The notes beneath the pieces were generated by a model, which was not told where the DNA came from, made no database searches, and saw only the letters and a program-made list of their open reading frames with translations. The translations under genes and the position numbers were made by a program. DNA of 64,000 nt, taken from NCBI RefSeq assembly GCF_009914755.1, contig NC_060928.1, one strand, 5' to 3'. Every line of letters begins with the position of its first letter. Within the stretch, counting starts at the first letter, position 1. Source of the stretch: the human T2T-CHM13v2.0 reference genome, Homo sapiens. This document shows positions 17,372 through 31,011 of this stretch, in pieces.

Positions 17372-18008
17372 TGTTACCGGAAAGGGGTCCCAATCCAGAC
17401 CCAAGAGAGGGTTCTTGGATCTCGTGCAAGAAAGAATTTGAGGCAAATCCATAGAGTAAAGCAAAAGCAAGTTTATTAAGAAAGTAAAGGAATAAAGAAT
17501 GGCTACTCCATAGCAGAGCAGCGCCATGGGCTGTTCAGCTGCTTGTACTTATTGTTAGTTCCTTCTTGATTATATGGTAAACAAGGGGTGGATTATTCAT
17601 TAGTTTTCCAGGAAAGGGGTGAGTAATTCCTGGAACCAAGGGTTCCTCCCCTTTTTAGACCATATGGGATGACTTCCTAACATTGCCATGGCATTTGTAA
17701 ACTGTCATGGTGCTGGTGAGAATGTCTTTTAGCATGCTAATGCATTCTAATTAGCGTATGATGAGCAGTAAAGGTGATCAGAGGTCATTCTCCTTGCGAT
17801 CTTGGTTTTGGTGGGATTCAGCTGGCTTCTTTACTGCTAACTGCTGTTATCAGCAGGGTCTTTGTGACCTGTATCTTGTGCCAACCTCCAATCTCACCAT
17901 GTGACTTAGAATACCCAGCCTCCTGTGAAGGCAGCCCAGTAGGTCTCAGCCTTATTTTACTCAATCCCTGTTCAAGATGGGGTTGCTCTGCTTCGAACGC
18001 CTCTCACA
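17372..18008 (-). mobile_element. MER41B solo LTR with tandem GAS motifs
   Basis: tgttaccggaaaggggtcccaatccagacccaagagagggttcttggatctc...; 637 bp; TSD AGTA; TTCCAGGAA (17606) and TTCCTGGAA (17627). Confidence 0.85.
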
Positions 18009-18055
18009 AGTATTGTTTCACTCAGAATGGCTCAAAACATGAATTTTATATCCTC

Positions 18056-18345
<290 letters not shown>

Positions 18346-19470
18346 ATTTTATATCCTCACATCCAATTCTTCCCCTTGCTCCTGGATAATAACTCAGGCA
18401 AAATCCATGACTTTTCTGGTTTCTCTGTTGTAAAACAAGCCCTTAATCAGAAATTAAAATATCTAGTTCCATTTTATAACCAAATCTTTAAACACAGCTT
18501 ATGATCAATATTCTCATCCTTCTCCAGCTTGGGCCTGCTGCCAGCAGAGAAGAAAAGGGAGGTGGTCACGGTCACGTTCTTTACTCTAATCATGCCCACT
18601 TCCATTCTTCCCCTCCCTGAATTGCTGATGGAGAGCAGGAGAGCTCTCACTTGACCAGTACTGCTATGACCCAGCCTCTGCCCTCTGGCCCTACCAGGTG
18701 TTTAAACCTGTCTTTTTTGCTGTGGGTTCTTTGGGGATCCTCCTCCCTTGAGAGAGAGAGAGACAAGAAACAAGTGGGCAAGCCAGCCTGGACCTAGGAA
18801 ATAGACCTGTATCAAGCCCAAGTCAACAAGTGAGTATTTTCATGTTTCTGCACAGTTAGGACTTTCTGAGCAAGTTTTTCTGGAGTCCAGATTAAAGAAC
18901 AAGCTTTAGAAGTTAAATTATGACTATGACTGAATAGGTAATGAGACAACTGTAGAGAGATTTGTCTCCCCAGAGGTCTGTGTTTACACTTCAGAGGAGC
19001 AGGGTGGGAGGGGGTAAAACCTGCAACCAAGAAAACATCCCAAGAGCTGTAAATGAGGAGAAGCTTCTCTTATCTTCCCCCAGACACTTATTTGCATTCC
19101 AAAAGGTAAGAAGCCCAGACCTTTCCCTTTGCTTCCCCAGCAAAATTGGTGTACACTAGAAAGCAGAGGTTTCTCTGCCTTTCTCAGAAGGGGAAAAGAG
19201 AAAGCTGACCCTCTCGTATATAAGCTCTCAGATTCATAATTTTGAGGGGGGCTTTCTCTCCTGCAGTACAGAACCTAGTACATATAAGAGGACATCTGGC
19301 TTTCATCATATCACTCTAGGGGGTTGGGGCAAGGGAACTGATAGTTATTGACATGAATTATAATAACTTTGTTCTCTGCTCCAGAAACTTTATATTTGCA
19401 TTCAGAATAACATAAATAAATACAGGTATTAAAAACCTATCAGCCATTGAAAGAAGACTGTGCATGGTTC

Positions 19471-20022
19471 TGTCAGAGGTGTGTGAAACAGAGCAACTCC
19501 ATCTTAAATAGGAACTGGGTAAAATGAGGCTGAAACCTACTGGGCTGCATTCCCAGATGGTTAAGGCATCTATGTCACAGGATGAGATAGGAGGTCAGCG
19601 AAGATACAGGTCATAAAGACCTTGCTGATAAAACAGGTTGCAGTAAAGAAGCCAGCCAAAACCCACCAAAACCAAGATGACCACGAGAGTGACCTCTGGT
19701 CGTCCTCACTGCTGCACTCCCACCAGTGTCATGACAGTTTACAAATGCCACAGCAACATCAAGAAGTTACCCTGTATTATTTAAAAAGGGGAGGCATGAA
19801 TAATCCACCTTTTGTTTAGCATATAATCAAGAAATAACCAGAAAAATGGGCAACCAGCAGCCCTTGGGCCTGCTCTGCCTATGGAGTAGCCATTCTTTTA
19901 TTCCTTTACTTTCTTAATAAACTCGGCCTCACTTTAATTTATGGACTCACCCTAAATTCTTTCTTGCATGAGATCCAAGAACCCTTTCTTGGGGTTTGGA
20001 TCGGGACCCCTTTCCAGTAATA
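19471..20022 (+). mobile_element. MER41A solo LTR
   Basis: tgtcagaggtgtgtgaaacagagcaactccatctt...tcgggacccctttccagtaata; 552 bp; TSD GTTC; lacks the GAS block. Confidence 0.85.
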
Positions 20023-20074
20023 GTTCTTCACTGGAGCATATGTGATTCATATGCTAAAAAGGCTAATGTAATGC

Positions 20075-20849
20075 TGAAACTGCCCTTACAAAGATTATGA
20101 CAGCAAGAGAAATTTAGCATGGCTGACTCTATCTTGCTTGTAGACTCATGGGCTGGCTGTACTCACTCACTCCTGGGCATAGGCCAGGCTAACCATGTGA
20201 TGAATTTAGTTTACAGTTTAACTATGAAGCAAGGATGATAATAGTCCTTCTCTAAAACGGATTCCCTCCTTGTTGGGGGGCTGAAACTGCCTTTATAAGA
20301 CTAATGAAAGGCCACAAGATTAGGATTTTGGGAAGGGCCTACATTCTCCTAAAATATAGACATAGTTTCTATAATCCCTTACTGTTCAGGAGTCATGTAG
20401 CCAGAGGTCAGAAGATTTGTCACTTCCCCATTTGCTCCTGTAGATAACATCACTATTATAGAACCTAAGATTGGTCTTTTGAGATGTTTCTCAGACTTTA
20501 GCATTCTGGAAACCAATTGACCCCACCCAGACCCATGAATTATTACTCAGCTGGTCTTGTGGCCCCCACTCAGAGGCAGAATCAGCACATGAGGACTGTT
20601 TCCACACCCTTATGACTTTATCCCCAACCCATCAGCAGCACCAATTCCCTAGGCCCCTGCCCCTGAAATTTTCCATAAAAATCCTAGCCTCTGAGTTCTC
20701 TGGAAGACTGATTTGAGTGATAACTCTAGTCCTTCACTCAGCTGCCTTGCATTACGTAAACTCTTTCTTTACTGCAATACCCTGGTCTCAGTGAATTGGT
20801 TTTGCCTGTGCAGTGGAAGAAGCAAGGATGAACCCATTGGGTGATTACA
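20075..20849 (+). mobile_element. LTR8 family (LTR8A/B-like) solo LTR
   Basis: tgaaactgcccttacaaagattatgacagcaagagaaatttagcatggctgactctatcttgctt...gaacccattgggtgattaca. Confidence 0.75.
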
Positions 20850-22029
20850 GTAATAGACTGTTTGATATACATTGAGTGTGCTGTGCAGGTATAGTAAGAG
20901 AAATAAGCATATCTCAATACTCAGCCATAATCTAACACAATCATTTCTGGGAATACATTTTAATAAAAAAATCGAGAAACTAGACTGTTTCTACTCCAGA
21001 GGGGTTAGCCAGATAAGGGATGGGCTTGGAGACCATGTCAAGTGAGCAAAAATGGAAGGATCTGGGTTATTTGTTCTGAAGAGTTATCACATGCATGAGA
21101 CAAAAAATTCATTTTCTTTTGATTGCTTGGAACAAATTGCTCATACTTATGGAGAAACAGATTTTAGCTTCATATAAAGAAGACTTTTTCCAGCAAAGAC
21201 GTTCAGCAATGCAATGAGCTGCTTTAACAAGTAGAGCACTCTCTTTTGTCATTGGACTTGTTTAGGTGGCAGCTGGGATGGCCATCTGTTGGAGAGGTTG
21301 CAGAGGAAGTCTGTGTTCTATGTTGGAGGTTGGTCTAATTGAACTTTTAGGACTCTGATAACTCTATGTCTCCACAAAGTTTAATTGATCTTTGTCTGAA
21401 TATTTCCATATTTGGTCATTGTCCTTCGGAGCTCCCTTTCTTGGCAGCCTGCTATATTCCCAGAATTGTGTTAACTTCCTGAGTTCAAGTCAAGGCTCTA
21501 TGATTTACTTCGTGATTTCTGGTAAATTACTTAATCCCACCTGTAACATTGTGAAACCAATACTTCCTACTTTTAGGCCTCTTATGGAGATTAAATGAAA
21601 TGGTACTTGTAAAACATGAATTGTGTAAAGCAGCACTCACTAGAACCCAGTAATACACAATGGCTATGATTAGTTTATTAGTCTCTTAGCTTCTTGTCTG
21701 TCTCCATCCTTCTTTCACTTGGCTACCTACTCACCCTTCACATCTCACTTAGTTTTCATTTATATGCCTCTTATTTCCAGTGAGTTTGAGTCTCTTCTTA
21801 TGGTAAAGAGCCATTTGGCAAATTATATTTTCATACTTGTGCCTACTGTTAAATTATTTTTCTAATTTATTCTACTATTTGTTAGTCATTTTACTGTCAA
21901 TTTATAGGATCTCTTTCTATATTAGGTTTACGATATTAGTTGCAAATATTTTCCTGGCTTATTCTTTGTCTTTTGATCATAGACCTTTTGACGTGAAGCA
22001 GGCTTGTTGTTCTAATATTTTTATTGATT

Positions 22030-22365
22030 TTATTTTTTTACATAGGGTCGCTCTCTATTGCCCAGGCTGAAGTGCAGTGGCACAATCCTGGCTCACTGTA
22101 GCCTCAACCTCCCCAGGCTCAGGTGATCCTCCCACCTCAGCCTCCCAAGCAGCTGCACACAGCTTTTAGGTTGGTGCAAAAGTAACTGCGGTTTTTGCCA
22201 TTAAAATAGCAAAACCGCAATTACTTTTGCACTAGCCTAATAATTTTTTTATTTTATGTAGGGATGGAATCTCTCTATGTTGCCCAGGCTTGTCTCGATC
22301 TCCTGGGCTCAAGCAATCTACCTGTCTTGGCTTCCCAAAATGCCTAAGCCACTGTGCCCAGCCTG
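22030..22365 (-). mobile_element. Alu (AluJ-like) interrupted by MADE1
   Basis: Antisense Alu arms flank the MADE1 at the central linker. Confidence 0.8.
22166..22240. mobile_element. MADE1 (Hsmar1-derived MITE)
   Basis: TTAGGTTGGTGCAAAAGTAACTGCGGTTTTTGCCATT...GCAAAACCGCAATTACTTTTGCACTAGCCTAA palindrome followed by TA. Confidence 0.95.
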
Positions 22366-24039
22366 TTGTTTTTAATATAGTAGTGTTCATCAAGTCTTTG
22401 ATTCATACAAAGGTCGTGAACCTCTACCTCTATTTCTTACTGACACCAAAAAGTGATTAAAAGGTATAATTCCTTGCGCTATCATTATGAAATGAAAATG
22501 TCTGCTGTTGTTGTAGACACACAAACTGCTACATCATCAAGATGCTTCAGCGCTGTGCTTTTAAAAGGGACCCTTTCTTGATATAATTTTCCAGTGTCTC
22601 TGCTACTAAAGAATAGCTTCTCATAACATCTGATCATTTACACAGCTTGAGTGTCTTTTGTAGCCAAGGTACTACAGAGGCTCCACTACAAGGCTCCAGA
22701 CAGGCTGGAACTATTGTAACCATTTTCTTTACCTGCCAAGTAATCAGGTTGCCAGTCAAACCGTACACCTATGGAATAGGGAAATTGAGTCCCTGCTGCT
22801 TAAATAAAAGGCCCTGAATTAGCTGGCAGTAACACTGACATTTTAGATTCATCTCTGGCCTAGTCACTACAGGGAAGCAACTGTGTTATACTGGAGAGAA
22901 TACTGGACTTTGTGTCAGAAGGCTTGATTCATTTACTTCAGTGCAGTGCGATTCAATTCAATTCACATTTCCTGATCTTCTATTAAGGCCAGATAGTCTG
23001 CTTCGGTTATGGGTACAAAGAAGCTGTTTTGTCCCTTAAAGAGCTCACAGTCTAATGGGAGAAACAGGATCATCAGTGACTACAGTAAACAACATCCAAA
23101 TACACAGACTGTCTTAAAAATACAGAGAAGAAACCTAAGAAAAAGGAACTTGATTTCTCTCTGTTAATTTCTGTTACATATTATGTGCACACACCCAACT
23201 ATATCCCAGACATTGCTGTTATATCACCTTCAGCACCTTATATCACAAACCAAACTTACTATTGGTCCCCTGTCCCTTTCCAGCCCCTCTGCCACACCAA
23301 CAAGATAGCTTCCTGATTATGCCATCTCAGGGTCTTCAGTCTCTGAAACTCTAAACCTTGATGTTTATCTGGATTCCTTCCCCTCCACTCACAGAGGCCC
23401 TTCCCTCACTAAGCCCTGCCCATTCTTCCTTTGTAATATTTTGCACGTTTCCTTCAGACCTTTATCATGTCATTAAAAAAATCTTCTGACTCTTGTCCTA
23501 GATAACATTGTTTTCTGCACCAGTCACTATTCACCGTTCCATGCTTCTACTACCCAGATATATTTCCCGCAAACTAATTTCTTCATGTCATTTTCCAGCT
23601 TTAAAAGGTCAATAATTCTCCATTACATATTGGATAAAATTCAAGCTCTGAAATCTAATATTTGGTGGGTCCTTTAGTCATCTGACTTCACTTTTTATTT
23701 TCAGTCTTGTCATTATCTATGCCATTCTGCTTGTCCCTGGCCCCATCAGATGGCTGTATTTATTATTGAGAAAAACATTCTTCCCTATCATTTTTTCCCA
23801 TCCTGTTATCTCCTCTCCTCCCTTTCTTCCATCCCCACATCTCTTGCTTCCTCTTCTTTATGCATCCAAGTTCTAGTCATTTCAAGGTCCAACTCCAAGT
23901 CTTATCTACTCCATAAAACTGAGAAGTAGCTCAGTTTTATGCTGAGGTCTTCATATCAGACCTTCCTCTGAAGGTCTTCAGAGCGTCTTTTTCTTTTCTG
24001 AATTCCTAAAATATTTATTCTGTGGCCTTAACGGGTATT

Positions 24040-24700
<661 letters not shown>

Positions 24701-25479
24701 TGATCATTGTTAACAGCAGCTTGAGGAAACTAATACAAGGAGGAAAAGTAGGGAAGGGACCAGATACACTGATGGAATCAGCATAAGTCAGGTTGGAATC
24801 AGCTGGGCCATGCACTGATGGAATCAGCTCTGGCCCAGGAAATTCCTGCCTTTCACACCCCACACCCTGAGCAAGCAAATGCCAAGGAGCTGCTGGAAGA
24901 CAGGTTAGTCTGGGGAGACAAGTTAGCCTACGCATTTCTATCACAGTGTCTAGGAGCGTCATCATCTATCTTTCTTATTGTTCCCTAGAGAAGACCACAT
25001 TGATAGCAGCCAGAAAAGAGCTTGTTGATGTCCGGCATGAATAATGCCTGTCTGTGCCCAGAGAGTTTGCTCAGCCTGCCATGGATCCTTCCTGCTGGGG
25101 GCACCTGCAGAAGTCGTGAAGGTGGGGAAGGAAAGCATCCACCCATGCCTAAGGTGAAACTGCATGGAACCAGCTCACGATTCTCTACAGCAGAAGACGG
25201 TGGGAAACACTCCACCGGAGACAATCCTGCTGCTTTTAGCCCCACTTCATTTCCACTTCCAGAGCTACCTGGTGCCACCTGTGCCTTTTGAGGTTTCTAC
25301 AGAGTCGTTAGGTTGCTCCTGAGCTTTTCCCACTGCTGGATGAGATTCAAAATTTTCTGAGCTAAGTCAGTTTCCAGCTGTCCTTCTGCTATGCAGTCCT
25401 CAAATTGTATTGATATTGTCTTCTCTACAATCTCTTTGACCTGATGGTTTTTAAAAAGCACCTTAAAAATTCCTTTATT

Positions 25480-25770
25480 GGCCGGGTGTGGTGTCTCATG
25501 CCTGTAATCCCAGCACTTTGGGAGGCTGAGGCAGGTGACTCACTGGAGCCCAGGAGTTGGAGACTAGCTTGGGCAACATGGTGAAACCCCATCTCTACAA
25601 AAAATACAAAAATTAGCCAGTCATGGTGGCACACTCCTGTGGTCCCAGCTACTCGGGAGGCTGAGGCAGGAGAATCACTTGAGCCCAGGAGCAGGCAGGT
25701 TGCAGAGATTGTGCCACTGCACTGCAGCCTGAGCGACAGAGCAAGACTCTGTCAAATAAATAAATAAGCC
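25480..25770 (+). mobile_element. Alu
   Basis: Sense Alu; TSD-like CCTTTATTG flanks. Confidence 0.9.
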
Positions 25771-26339
25771 CTTTATTGTAGTTTTAGGGGAGTGAAGGAG
25801 GGAGAGAGCTGAAATAACTGTGTATGTTTAACCTGCTCTCCTTAGTTAGATGGTGCAAACTTTTATCGGAAGATTTGTGCCTTGATTCACTTCCGGAAAA
25901 TTCTTAGCTGTTATCTCTTCAAGCCTGACTTCTCAGCTATATTTGTTTTTCTGTTGCTACAAAAACAAATCACCCCAACCTTAGCAGTTTAGAACAACCC
26001 ACAGGTATTATATCATAGTTCTGCAGGTCAGAACTCTCTAGGTGGGCTCTGCTCCCTAAATCAAAGTGCCTGGGCTCTTATCTAGAGATAAGAGAATCTG
26101 GGGTAGGGCCTGCTCATTCAGATTGGTGTAAGGAATTCATTTCCTACAGCTGTAGGGCTAAGGTTCAGTTAACAGTTGCTGGCTGTGAACAGGCTCTCTC
26201 TCAGCCCCTCTAGGATGTTTGCATTCCCCTCAGACTGCCCCTTCCATTTTTGAGCCAGTAAGCCAGCTTGTTATGTCCTTTTTTTTCATCAAGTCCTTCT
26301 TATACTTCACTGCTTTTGTTTGTTTTGTTTTGTTTTGTT

Positions 26340-29300
26340 TTGAAGTGAACCATCTTTCTACTCTCTATCTCCACGAGTTCAATGGTTTTAAGTTTTAGCT
26401 CCCACAAATAAGTGAGAACATACAAAGTTTGTCTTTCTCTGCCTGGCTTATCTTAACACAGTGGCCTCCAGTTCCATCCATGTTGTTGCAAATGACAGAA
26501 TCTCATTCTTTTTTATGGCTGAATAGTATTCCATTGTGTATATGTACCACATTTTCTTTATCCATTCATCTGCTGATGAACATTTAGGTTACTTTCAAAT
26601 CTTGGCTACTATGAATAGTGCTGCAATAAGCATAGGAGTGCAGATATCTCTTTGATATACTGATTTCCTTTCTTTTAGGAATATACCTGGCAGTGGGGTT
26701 GCTAGATCATATGGTAGCTCTATTTTTAGTTTTTGGAGGCATCTCCAAACTTCTCCACAGTGGTTGTACTGATTTACATTCCCAAATATAGTGTACGAGG
26801 GTCCCTTTTCTCCATATCCTCTCCAGCATTTATTATTGTCTCACTTTTGGATAGAAACCATTTTAACTGGAGTGAGATGATATCTCATTGTAGCTTTGAT
26901 TTGCATTTCTCTGATGATCAATTTCATATACCTGTCTGCCATTTGTATGTCATCTTTTGAGAAGTGTCTATTCAGATCTTTTGCTCATTTTTTAAATTGG
27001 ATTATTATATTTTTCCTTTAGAGTTGTTTGAGCTCCTTATAGTTTCTGTTATTAATCCCTTGTCAGATGGTAGTTTGCAAATATTTTCTCCCATTCTGCA
27101 GGTTGCCTCTTTGTTGATGGTTTCTTTTGCTGTGCAGAAGCTTTTTAACTTGATGTGAACCTATTTTATATTTTTGCTTTGGTTGCCTGTGTTTTTGGAG
27201 TATTACTCAAGAAATCTTTGCCTAGTCCAATGTCCTGGAGAGTTTCCCCAATGTTTTCTTGTAGTAGTTTCATAGTTCTAGGAGTTAGATATGTCTTTAA
27301 TCCATTTTGATTTGATTTTTGTATATGAGGAGAGATAGTGGTCTAGTTTCATTCTGCATATGGATATCCAGTTTTCCCAGCACCATTTACTGAAGAGACT
27401 GTCCTTTCCCCAATGCATGTTATTGGCACCTTTGTCAAAAATGAGTTCACTCTGGATGTATGGATTTGTTTCTGCATTCTCTGTTCTGTTCCATTGGTCT
27501 ATTTTTATGCCAGTACTATGCCATTTTGGTTACTATACCTCTGTAGTATTATCTGAAATCAAGTAATGTGATTCCTCCAGTTTTGTTCTTTTTGCTCAGG
27601 ATAGCTTTGGCTACTCTGGGTCTTTTGTGGTTCCATATCAATTTTAGGATTTTTAAAAATTTCTGTGCAGAATGTTATTGATATTTTGACAGAGATTGCA
27701 TTGAATCTGTGTTGTGGGAATTCAGGGACCCCGAACGGAGGGACTGGCTGAAGCCATGGTAGAAGAACATAAATTGTGAAGATTTCATGGGCATTTATTA
27801 GTTCCCCAAATTAATACTTTTACAATTTCTTATGCCTGTCTTTACTGCAATCTCTGAACATAAATTGTGAAGATTTCATGGACATTTATCACTCCCCAAT
27901 CAATACTCTTGTGATTTCCTATGCCTGTCTTTACTTTAATCTCTTAATCCTGTCATCTTCATAAGCTGAGGATGTATGTTGCCTCAGGACCCTGTGATGA
28001 TTGGGTTAACTGCACAAATTGTTTAAACAATATGAAATCTGGGCACCTTGAAAAAAGAACAGGATAACAGCAATGTTCAGGGAACAAGGGAGACAACCAT
28101 TAGGTCTGGCTGCCTGAAAGCTGGGCAGAACAAAGCCATATTTCTCTTTTTTCAAAAGCAAATAGGAGAAATATCACTGAATTCATTTTCTCAGCAAGGA
28201 ATAGCCCTGAGAAAGAGAATGCATTCCTAGGAGGAGGTCTCTGAAATGGCTGCTCTGGGAATGTCTGTCTTTTACAGTTGTAGATAAGGGAAGAAATAAG
28301 CCCCGGTCTCGCGTAGCGCTCCCAGGCTTATTAGGATGAGGAAATTCCCACCTAATAAATTTTGATCAGACCGGTTGTCTGCTCTCAAACCCTGTCTCCT
28401 GATAAGATGTTATCAATGACAATGCATGCCCGAAACTTCATTAGCAATTTTAATTTCACCCCAGTCCTGTGATCTCACCCTGCCTCCATTTGCCTTGTAA
28501 TATTTTATTACCTTGTGAAGCATGAGATCTCTGTGACCCACACCCTATTTGTACACTCCCTCCCCTTTGGAAATCACTAATAAAAACTTGCTGGTTTTGC
28601 AGCTTGGGGGGCATCATGGAAACTGCCGACATGTGATGTCTCCCCTGGACACCCAGCTTTAAAATTTCTCTCTTTTGTACTCTTTCCCTTTATTTCTCAG
28701 ACTGGCCATCACTTAGGGAAAATAGAAAAGGACCCACGTTGAATATCAGGGGCTGAATTTTAGATTACTTTAAGTATTATGGACATTTTAACAATATTTA
28801 TTCTTCCAATTCATGAACATGGAATATCCTTCCATTTTTGTGTGTCCTCTTCAATTTCTTTCATCACATGTTTTATAGTTTTGAATTGTAGCAATCTTTC
28901 ACTTCTTTAATTAAGGTAATTCCTAGGTATCTAATTTTATTTGTAGCTATTGTAAGTGGGATAACTTTTAAAATTCTTTTTTAGATTGTTCACTGTTGGC
29001 ATGTGGAAATGCTACTGATTTTCATAAGTTGATTTTGTATCACACAGCTTTACTGAATTTATCAGTTCTAATACTTTTTTGGTGGAGTCTTTAGGTTTTT
29101 CCAAATATAAGATCATATCATCTGCAAACAAGGATAATTTGACCTCTTCATTTCCGATTTGAATGCTCTTTATTTTGTTCTCTTCTCTGAAATTCTCTAG
29201 CTAAGACTTCCAGCACTATGTTGAACAACAGTGGTGAAAGAGGGCATCCTTGTCATGTTCTAGATCTTACAGGAAAGGTTTTTTCTCTCTTTTAGTATGA

Positions 29301-29855
29301 TACAAGCTGTGGCTTTTATTATGTAAAGGTAGTTCCTTCTATACCCAGTTTTTTGAGATTCTTTTTTGAGAAAGGGTCTCACTTTGTTGCCCAGGCTGGA
29401 ATGCAGTGGTGTGATCTCTTCACTGAAGCCTTGACCTCCTGACCTGAAGCAATCCTCTCATCTCGGCTTCCCAAGTAGCTGGGACTACAGGTGTGTACCA
29501 TCACACCTGGCTAACTTTTGTATTTTTTTGTAGAGATGGGATTTCACCTTGTTGTGCAGGCTGGTCTCCAACTCTTGGGCTCAAGCAATCTGCCCACCTC
29601 AGCCTACCAAAGTGCTGGGATTACAGGTGTGAGCCACTGTGCCTGGCCCTTTGAGGGTTTCCATGAAGGGATATTGAATTTTATCAAGTGCTTTTTCAGC
29701 ATCAACTGAAATAATCATATAGTTTTTGTCCTTCATTCTGTTAATGTGATGTATCACATTGATTTGCATATGTTGAACCATCCTTGCATCCCTGGGGTAA
29801 ATCCCATTTGGTCGTAATGATCTTTTAAATGTGTTGTTGAATTCAGTTTGCTAGT
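26340..29855 (-). mobile_element. L1 (L1MA/PB-like) 3' portion interrupted by MER11 (27710-28760) and an Alu (about 29362-29648)
   Basis: Antisense L1 3' UTR and ORF2; minus-strand translation [33 protein letters not shown] (L1 ORF2 RT) at 29599-29781. Confidence 0.9.
27710..28760 (+). mobile_element. MER11 (HERV-K/HML-8) solo LTR, last few bases missing
   Basis: tgttgtgggaattcagggaccccgaacggagggactggctgaagcc, internal repeat cataaattgtgaagatttcatgg x2, AATAAA near 28579. Confidence 0.9.
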
Positions 29856-29935
29856 AAGTCAGTTGAACCTCTTTTCTTTTTAAATTACCCAGTCTCAGGT
29901 ATTTCTTTATAGCAATGTGAGAACTGCCTAAAACA
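29856..29935 (+). mobile_element. MST/THE1 (MaLR) LTR 3' fragment
   Basis: aacctcttttcttttaaattacccagtctcaggtatttctttatagcaatgtgagaactg. Confidence 0.7.
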
Positions 29936-30415
29936 TCCAGGGACCCTGACCTCAGGCCTTGAAGTTCAGCAGTGACCTTGACTCTGGTCTTCCATGTCAC
30001 TTGGAACAAAGCTCACTAATGGCTTTCATCCTACTCACCTTTTTGCATTTCTTTTTTGGGTTTTATTTTTACATTTTCTAATTGGTATGTGCTTGGGGCA
30101 AAGGGAAGCTAAAGAGTAATCTTGACTGGATGGCCGTTGCACAGCCATTTTGCTATGATATTAATCTATGACTACCTCTTTTCAAAAAAGATATCTGTTG
30201 TTCACAAAAAAGTGTTAAATTGTACATGTGCAAGATGTACAAAAGTCATCTATAGAACTCAACTCATTGCCTCCTAGAAATTCCATAAAACAGCTCATTA
30301 AGGCATGAGAAAAACAGAGGAGGCATAAAAAGTGGAAACATTAATATATGAATGGGTACAACCAATAGAGCAGTTACATGCTATACAAAGAGTAAGCACA
30401 TTTTTAGAGTAGAAG

Positions 30416-30907
30416 TGTTACCAGATTGGAAGTTGGATTTCCAGGTTCTTGGTGTTGCAAACAAAGAATTGGAGGAGACACACAAATAATGACCCCACAA
30501 GATGTATTAAGCAAAGAATGTTCCAGAGAGAAGAATGGGCTGATCCGCGAGTGGTATCAGCCCTGGGTTAACATAGCCTTTGTTCTTTTATACCACCTTA
30601 CTACTCTTACTTAACTTTTAGGGAGGAGGTTGCCTATAATTGACATATCAGTTTTCTTGTTGGTTTTCTCTCTCAGTGCGCCTGCATGTGCTTGCCATTC
30701 CATAATTTTAAGTGTATGTATGATATGCATTCCATATGTATGGGCTTTAAGTAACTTATTATAATAAAAGGTTATACCAGATTTGTTTACTGCAGAAAGC
30801 ATTGGTTCATTGCTTCAGCTTCCTTATCAGATGGTGCCTTATGCTTGTTTTGGTGAGAAAAGGCTGCAGGTTGATTTTCTGACTTCCTTCCCTATTCTCC
30901 TGCCTCA
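30416..30907 (-). repeat. 3' LTR of the provirus (492 bp)
   Basis: Minus strand TGAGGCAGGAGAATAGGG...TCTGGTAACA; preceded by PPT-like AGAGGGAAT; homologous to 40055-40417. Confidence 0.9.
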
Positions 30908-31011
30908 ATTCCCTCTGAGAGATGTGATCCCCATAAATCATAATAGGTTGCTGAGGGTTGAAGTTCTTTCTTCTATACTTGCTTCCAGCTGAGTGGGACT
31001 GCTGGCCCCAC

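Noticed and set aside
18809-19442. Probable old ERV1 LTR between the two MER41 copies
   Set aside because: It looks LTR-like, but I cannot assign family or ends reliably.
27760-27935. Direct repeat cataaattgtgaagatttcatgg resembling an array
   Set aside because: Intrinsic internal duplication of MER11 LTRs, not CRISPR-like.
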